Shown here piece by piece: positions 57,358 through 64,000 of a DNA stretch of 64,000 nucleotides. The notes beneath the pieces were generated by a model that searched no databases, was not told the origin of the DNA, and saw only the letters and a list, made by a program, of their open reading frames with translations. Location: contig OZ024742.1 of NCBI GenBank assembly GCA_964016885.1, positions 139,376,001 through 139,440,000 of the forward strand. Reading direction: 5' to 3'. The stretch is from Eledone cirrhosa (Eukaryota). A program made the position numbers and the translations under genes. The first letter of the stretch is position 1. Every line of letters begins with the position of its first letter.

Positions 57358-57474
57358 TTATTCTGATGAAATGACAGTAAATAATAACATTGAAATATTG
57401 AATGTCTGCATAACTAAAAGTTTGTAGATAGCTGTTTTAGGTTATGTAACTGTTATAGAAACACGTGTCAATAA
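57358..57474 (+). ncRNA. Type I hammerhead ribozyme with a long branched stem II in the 3' pLTR
   Basis: ttatt-CTGATGA(57363)-a-atgacagt...actgttat-a-GAAA(57458)-cacgtg-TC-aataa; GUC cleavage triplet at 57467-57469. Confidence 0.75.
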
Positions 57475-57621
57475 ATTCCTTTCAACTAAACTGTATCCAT
57501 TCAAATCTTTCTATTTTTCTCCGGATTACTTTTGGAACTACAACTGGAACCGTCGAGCAAACTCTACGTGAGCTGATAATCTACTGTGTGTAATATTTAT
57601 ATTACAACACAACGGAAAATA

Positions 57622-57649
<28 letters not shown>

Positions 57650-57656
<7 letters not shown>

Positions 57657-57749
57657 AATACTTTGGGAGGGTCATGTTGCCAATAAGAAACACACGCACG
57701 TGCGTGTGTTTCTTTTTGGCAACATGACCCTCCCAAAGTATTACAATAT
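57650..57749. repeat. 100-bp palindrome, second copy (one mismatch)
   Basis: Centred on gcac|gtgc at 57699/57700. Confidence 0.9.
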
Positions 57750-57796
57750 CGGTTTCAACACACGTTTTCAGAGTCTTGCTAAACAAATTCAGAAAC

Positions 57797-57987
<191 letters not shown>

Positions 57988-59662
57988 ATGTATGTATGTA
58001 ATTCGTCGACGACTAAAGCTGCAACCCCACCAAGTTTACTTGGTGAGGAGGGTGATTTTGGATACCCTGCAGGACAAAAAACAAAACCTAGCAAAGGGCG
58101 GAAGAACCCTTAAGAGTCAACAGCCATCCAAAAATGTGTAAATATGTCTATACATATATATGTATATGTAAATCTGTATATGCATGTGTGCATGTATATG
58201 TATATGTGTGGGGACATAAAAATTGTCGGGCTTGCTACGATATCGCGCGGTTAAACCCCTGGGAGTGAAGGACCACTAGTCTTTGTCACGGCATTCTTCT
58301 ACAAAAAGGCAACTCAGGAAACTGGGATAACTCCGACATAAAACCTGCAGCTCAGTAGTTGCCGATGATGTTGATCTTTTCTTCTTTTCGGGTTATAGCT
58401 ACTGTCGCTCAGAGAATGGGATTGGCTCAGTGCACAGTATTTCCTCACTTTAAAAAACATCTTCACGCACACGCATTACACAATGGTATTAATTAATAAT
58501 TATTAATAATGTTATATCGTGCAATGGCCATACTTGATAACAAGGGGGCAGCCATCATGTATGTATATGATATTAAATAACAGTAAGTATAAGTAGAATT
58601 TTAAAACGTATACTTTACACACTATATATATATTTCTCAGTTTTCTAAAATGTCGCACAATAGTAAGTCTGTCGAGTGAGTAAAGTAGTCATTGTTGATT
58701 TCTAATCACGTTCTGGAGACTAAAATATATATAATGACTTAGGGAGGTATTTTTCTTGAGTAGGTAAGGCGTTATAACGAAATATAAGGCCATATAATGT
58801 ACCTTCGAATATATTCTTGCATTAATATCGTTTATAAAACAGAAAAGAATTGCTTAATTAAATGTTGTATATATATATATGCGGTAAATTGATATATCAT
58901 TTAATAATAAGACTGACGATATTAGTTCTAAAATTATATTAATTACATCATCTGTATTAGATAGCAAATGTATAGAAGCTAGGACTTCCATTAAACTATA
59001 CATGTTTCTGAAATATATTATTGATAAATGAAAGCGGTGGATTGGCAGTATCGGTGGGGGGTCGGATGCCATGCTTTGAAGCATAGAGTTACGGCCCTTG
59101 CCGTTCTGAGTTCACACCCCCACCTAGGTTAACTTTGCCTTTCAACCTTACGGGCTCGATAAAATAAAGTACTAGTAATGTACAGGATAATTGCTGGCCT
59201 TGTGCCAAAAGTAGAAACAATTATTTATAAATGAAAGCAATGCTATTTCTGATACAATATCAGTCGATCTGTCTTACTTGAATTTCTTAAGTACACAATT
59301 GTTTCTAGTTTTGGCACAAGGCCAGCAATTACCCAGTGCATTACTGGTACATTATTTTATCGACCCTCTAAGGATGAAAGGCAAAGTTAACCTCGGCGGG
59401 ATTTTAACTCAGAATGGCAAGTGCCGTAACCCTATTCGTCAAAGCATGGCGTCCAACCTTGTACGGATACTGCCAATACACCGACATTTCTTTAGTACTT
59501 AATGTTAAGAATTATCGTAACTTTTAATATTATATATTGAACTGGTGTAGGAAATAATGAAAATTATATACTATATATATATAAATAGACGAATGATCCG
59601 AAAGACAAGAATAAATTGCTAATTATTAACATTATTATATATTTGTGTGTCTTTATTTACAG

Positions 59663-59686
59663 CGGGTGTTGCAGGTTTAAATAAAA
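59663..59686 (+). CDS. Micro-exon B2 (24 nt; xGVAGLNK)
   Basis: tctttatttacAG|CGGGTGTTGCAGGTTTAAATAAAA|GTAAGT. Confidence 0.75.
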
Positions 59687-59865
59687 GTAAGTACTCATGA
59701 AATATTAATACAAATTTTAGTCCATATAAATAATTTATTTTCCAATCATATCAAGTAACTTTGATACATTGATATCTTTTATAAAGCAGAAAAGAATTGC
59801 TTTAAAAAATTAATAATGCAGCTAACGATAACAGAAGCCGAAATGTTTATATATATCGACCGAAA

Positions 59866-60058
<193 letters not shown>

Positions 60059-60067
60059 GATATATAT

Positions 60068-60111
<44 letters not shown>

Positions 60112-62068
60112 ATGTATGTATGTAATTCGTCGACGACTAAAGCTGCAACCCCACCAAGTTTACTTGGTGAGGAGGGTGATTTTGGATACCCTGCAGGACA
60201 AAAAACAAAACCTAGCAAAGGGCGGAAGAACCCTTAAGAGTCAACAGCCATCCAAAAATCTGTAAATATGTCTATACATATATATGTATATGTAAATCTG
60301 TATATGCATGTGTGCATGTATATGTATATGTGTGGGGACATAGAAATTGTCGGGCTGGATACGATATCGCGCGGTTAAACCCCTGGGAGTGAAGGACCAC
60401 TAGTCTTTGTCACGGCATTCTTCTAGGAAAAGGCAACTCAGGAAACTGGGATAACTCCGACATAAAACCTGCGGCTCAGTAGTTGCCGATGATGTTGATC
60501 TTTTCTTCTTTTCGGGTTATAGCTACTGTCGCTCAGAGAATGGGATTGGCTCAGTGCACAGTATTTCCTCACTTTAAAAAACATCTTCACGCACACGCAT
60601 TGCACAATGGTATTAATTAATAATTATTAATAATGTTATATCGTGCAATGGCCATACTCGATAACAAGGGGGCAGCCATCATGTATGTATATGATATTAA
60701 ATAACAGTAAGTGTAAGTAGAATTCTAAAGTGTATATTTTACACACTATATATATATTTCTCAGTTTTCTCAAATGTCGCACGATAGTAAGTCTGTCGAG
60801 TGAGTAAAGCAGTCATCGTTCACTTTTAATTACGTTCTGGAGACTAAAATATATATAATTACTTATAGGGAGATTTTTTTCTTGAGTAGGTAAGGCGTTA
60901 CAACGAAATATAAGGCCATATAATGTACCTTTGAATATATTGATTCATTAATATCGTTTATAAAAAAGAAAAGATTTGCTTAATTAAATGTCGTATATAT
61001 ATACTGTAAATTGATATATCATTTAATAATAAAACTGACGATATTAGTTCTAAAATTATATTAATGACATCATCTGTATTAGATAGCAAATGTATATATA
61101 AGCTAGGACTTCTATTAAACTATACATGTTTCTGTAATATATTTTTTATAAATGAAAGCAATTCTATTTCCGATAAAATATCAGTCGATCTGTCTTATTT
61201 GAATTTTTTTAATACTTAATGTTAAGAATTATCGAAACTTTCAATATTATATATTGAACTGGTGTAGGAAATAAAGAAAATGATATAGTATATATATATA
61301 TAAATAGATGAATGATCCGAAAGACAAGAATAAATTGCTAATTATTAACATTATGATATATATGTGTGCCTCATTTAATAATAAGACTGACGTTATTCGT
61401 TCTAAAATTATATTAATTACATCATCTATATTAGATAGTAAATGTATAAAAGCTAGGACTTCCATTAAACTATACATGTTTCTGTAATATATTATTTATA
61501 AATGAAGGCGGTAGAGGGTCGGACGCCATGCTTTGAAGCATAGAGTTACGGCCCTTGCCATTTTGAGTTCAAACCCCACCTAGGTTAACTTTGCCTTTCA
61601 ACCTTACGGGCTCGATAAAATGAAGTACCAGTAATGTAGTTGATAATTGCTGGCCTTGTACCAAAAGTAGAAACAATTATTTATAAATGAAAGCAATGCT
61701 ATTTCTGATACAATATCAGTCGATCTGTCTTACTTGAATTTCTTAAGTACACAATTGTTTCTACTTTTCGCACAAGACCAGCAATTACCCAGTGCATTAC
61801 TGGTACTTTATTTTATCGACCCCCTAAGGATGAAAGGCAAAGTTAACCTCGGCGGGATTTGAACTCAGAATGGCAAGGGCCGTAACTCTATTCATCAAAG
61901 TATGGCGTCCAACCCTCTACGGATACTGCCAATCCATCGCCATTTCTTTAGTACTTAATGTTAAGAATTATCGTAACTCTCAATAATGTATATTGAACTG
62001 GTATTATAGAAAATAAATAAAATAATTTTTGATCATTATCATAATAAGATATATCTCTGTATTTACAG

Positions 62069-62092
62069 CTGCTGGTGTCCCTAAATGTACAC
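62069..62092 (+). CDS. Micro-exon A5 (24 nt; xAGVPKCT)
   Basis: tttacAG|CTGCTGGTGTCCCTAAATGTACAC|GTAAGT. Confidence 0.75.
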
Positions 62093-62564
62093 GTAAGTAA
62101 TCATTATATAACAATACACATATTTTGTCCATATGAATTATTTTACAAGGATAGCAAGCAAATTTATATTTATTGGTCGATTACAATCTTTGAAAAATCA
62201 AATAAGGATTGCTTTATAAAATGTATAATGAAGCTAATGATAACAGAAGCTGAAATACTTGAAGCCCTCAGCGGTTATACGATGAACATATCACCCAGCT
62301 ACGGTGGTCTCCTCTATGCGGTTTGCATGATAGAAATGTTCTGCAATGATTATGATAGTCTTCTCTATGAGTTTAACATAGACATGCTAGACTTGTTCTT
62401 GACACTCCTTCAACCTGCATGCAGCACAAAGCATTAATACCGGGAATTTCTCTGTTCTGTAATTCGGGGCGTAGTAAAGGTGATATATATTAATAAATGA
62501 TCTAAAAGATATTATTTAATTTTTCATTATCACTGTAATGATATATATTTATTTGTATTTACAT

Positions 62565-62582
62565 CGGCTGCTTCTACTAAAC
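62565..62582 (+). pseudogene. Dead micro-exon C4
   Basis: tttacAT|CGGCTGCTTCTACTAAAC|ATAAGT. Confidence 0.5.
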
Positions 62583-63868
62583 ATAAGTACTCATGATATA
62601 ATAATATTTATTTTTGTCCATAAAGATAAATTATGTTTGTTACAAGCATAGCAGGTAAATTTACAGTCATTGATTTGTTACTATCTTTGATAAATCAGAA
62701 AAGAATTGTTTTATAAAATGTTTAATGAAACTTACTATAACAGAAACTGAAATATTTGCACACCTGGCCGGTTGATCAAGTGGCAAATCACCCGGTTACG
62801 ATGGCCTCCTTTCTGAGGTTTACATAGACAAGCTAAACTTATTCTCCGATGGTTATGATGGTCTCCTCTATAAGGTTTAAACAGACATACTTGATTTGTT
62901 CTGGGCATAATCCAGAGAAGTCAGTGTGTCTCCAGCTCACTGCTTGAGTGTCAAATCCATGCGGTTCAACTGCTTTGACAAACACTGGACGGACGGGACA
63001 ATGACATCTTTTGGCGTCGTCTGGTTTTGTCTACACCTCCAGGTGGTTAAGGACTGGGATGAGGTAGCATGGATATACACATACATACACACAAAGGCAT
63101 TGTTTTGATATGCACCCTTTTTTCCTGCTATTAATTTTGTCTCTCACTCTTTTAAGTTGTGAAATAGACTGGTTAGCTACGCACGTGGCTGACACATTTC
63201 AGCTCGCTACTGTATTGCTATATAATGGTTGATCGCATTTAAAGTCCGTTAAAGGTTCTTGGCACTACCATTGTTACCATTGCTTTCCTCTAGCCTTGAA
63301 GACATGAACCGAATGCTACCATTCTATTTTATATCAATGTGAACTGCTATTTCTAATGGCCATCTTCTCACCCCTTGATAATTTGTGTGTGAGACACGTT
63401 GGCTGGGTTCTTCTGACAGGAATGAAAAGATTTATTCTGTTTAGCTTCCCGTCCCCACGTAAAATTTGTAAATCAGTGGCTAGTTGAGAGATAGAGTCCT
63501 ATCGGTTGCCAGTTGCTAATAGCTTTGCCGTGTCAGTCGTCACAAACAGTCATGGCCGGCATAGACTGGTCTTAGGATTCTGTCGATCGATTGGTTATTG
63601 ATTAGGCGATACCCGCTGATCAAGCTGCATAAGCCGATTGTGCATTGTTGCATAATATATGCAGACAGATGGTGCAGTGCACCTTACTGCTGCCTTAGTG
63701 CGGCAGAAACTCGAGTCCGGAAACCTTATAGACACCAGTTTTACGTGCGTTGTGTTGAAACAAATAACTTTGTGTATACTCTGGGAATGTATCTTACATT
63801 GCCCATGGAGTGCGCTGAGATACAACCGGTACTGGCATTGAAAAATATGCTGGGTCCGTCAACCCTTG

Positions 63869-63950
<82 letters not shown>

Positions 63951-64000
63951 GTGAGTGCGTATGTATGTAATTCATCGACGACTAAAGCTGCAACCCTGCC

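Larger units (their letters stand above)
52831..57622 (+). mobile_element. Young Penelope-like (Naiad-type) retroelement with inverted pseudo-LTRs, inserted in (TA)n
   Basis: 52831-54029 is the reverse complement of ~56360-57514; intact ORF between; the empty site is visible in the sister unit at ~39380-39461. Confidence 0.92.

Overview
AT-rich, repeat-dense animal genomic DNA. The tRNA-derived SINE family, (TA)n load and Penelope content suggest an octopus or other coleoid cephalopod (inference). Most of the window is transposon material: R4/Dong-like, CRE-like, CR1-group, Tx1/L1-like and RTE LINE remnants, a mariner remnant, three Helitron pieces (one with an intact Pif1 helicase ORF) and several Penelope-like elements. 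One Penelope-like element has an intact 773-aa RT/GIY-YIG ORF inside ~1.15-kb inverted repeats. About a dozen hammerhead ribozyme motifs from about six families are present. The most notable signal is missed by the ORF track: a probable + strand micro-exon gene. A CCAAT/TATA-preceded signal-peptide exon (24058-24106, phase-1 donor) is followed by seven intact 24-nt tttacAG|...|GTAAGT micro-exons inside a mosaic tandem duplication (~35.9-64 kb). Only phase 1 is open across all seven. They differ almost entirely by amino-acid-changing substitutions, far more than their flanking introns do, and five paralogous copies have lost a splice site. The gene probably continues beyond the window. Nothing here is confirmed by transcripts or database searches.
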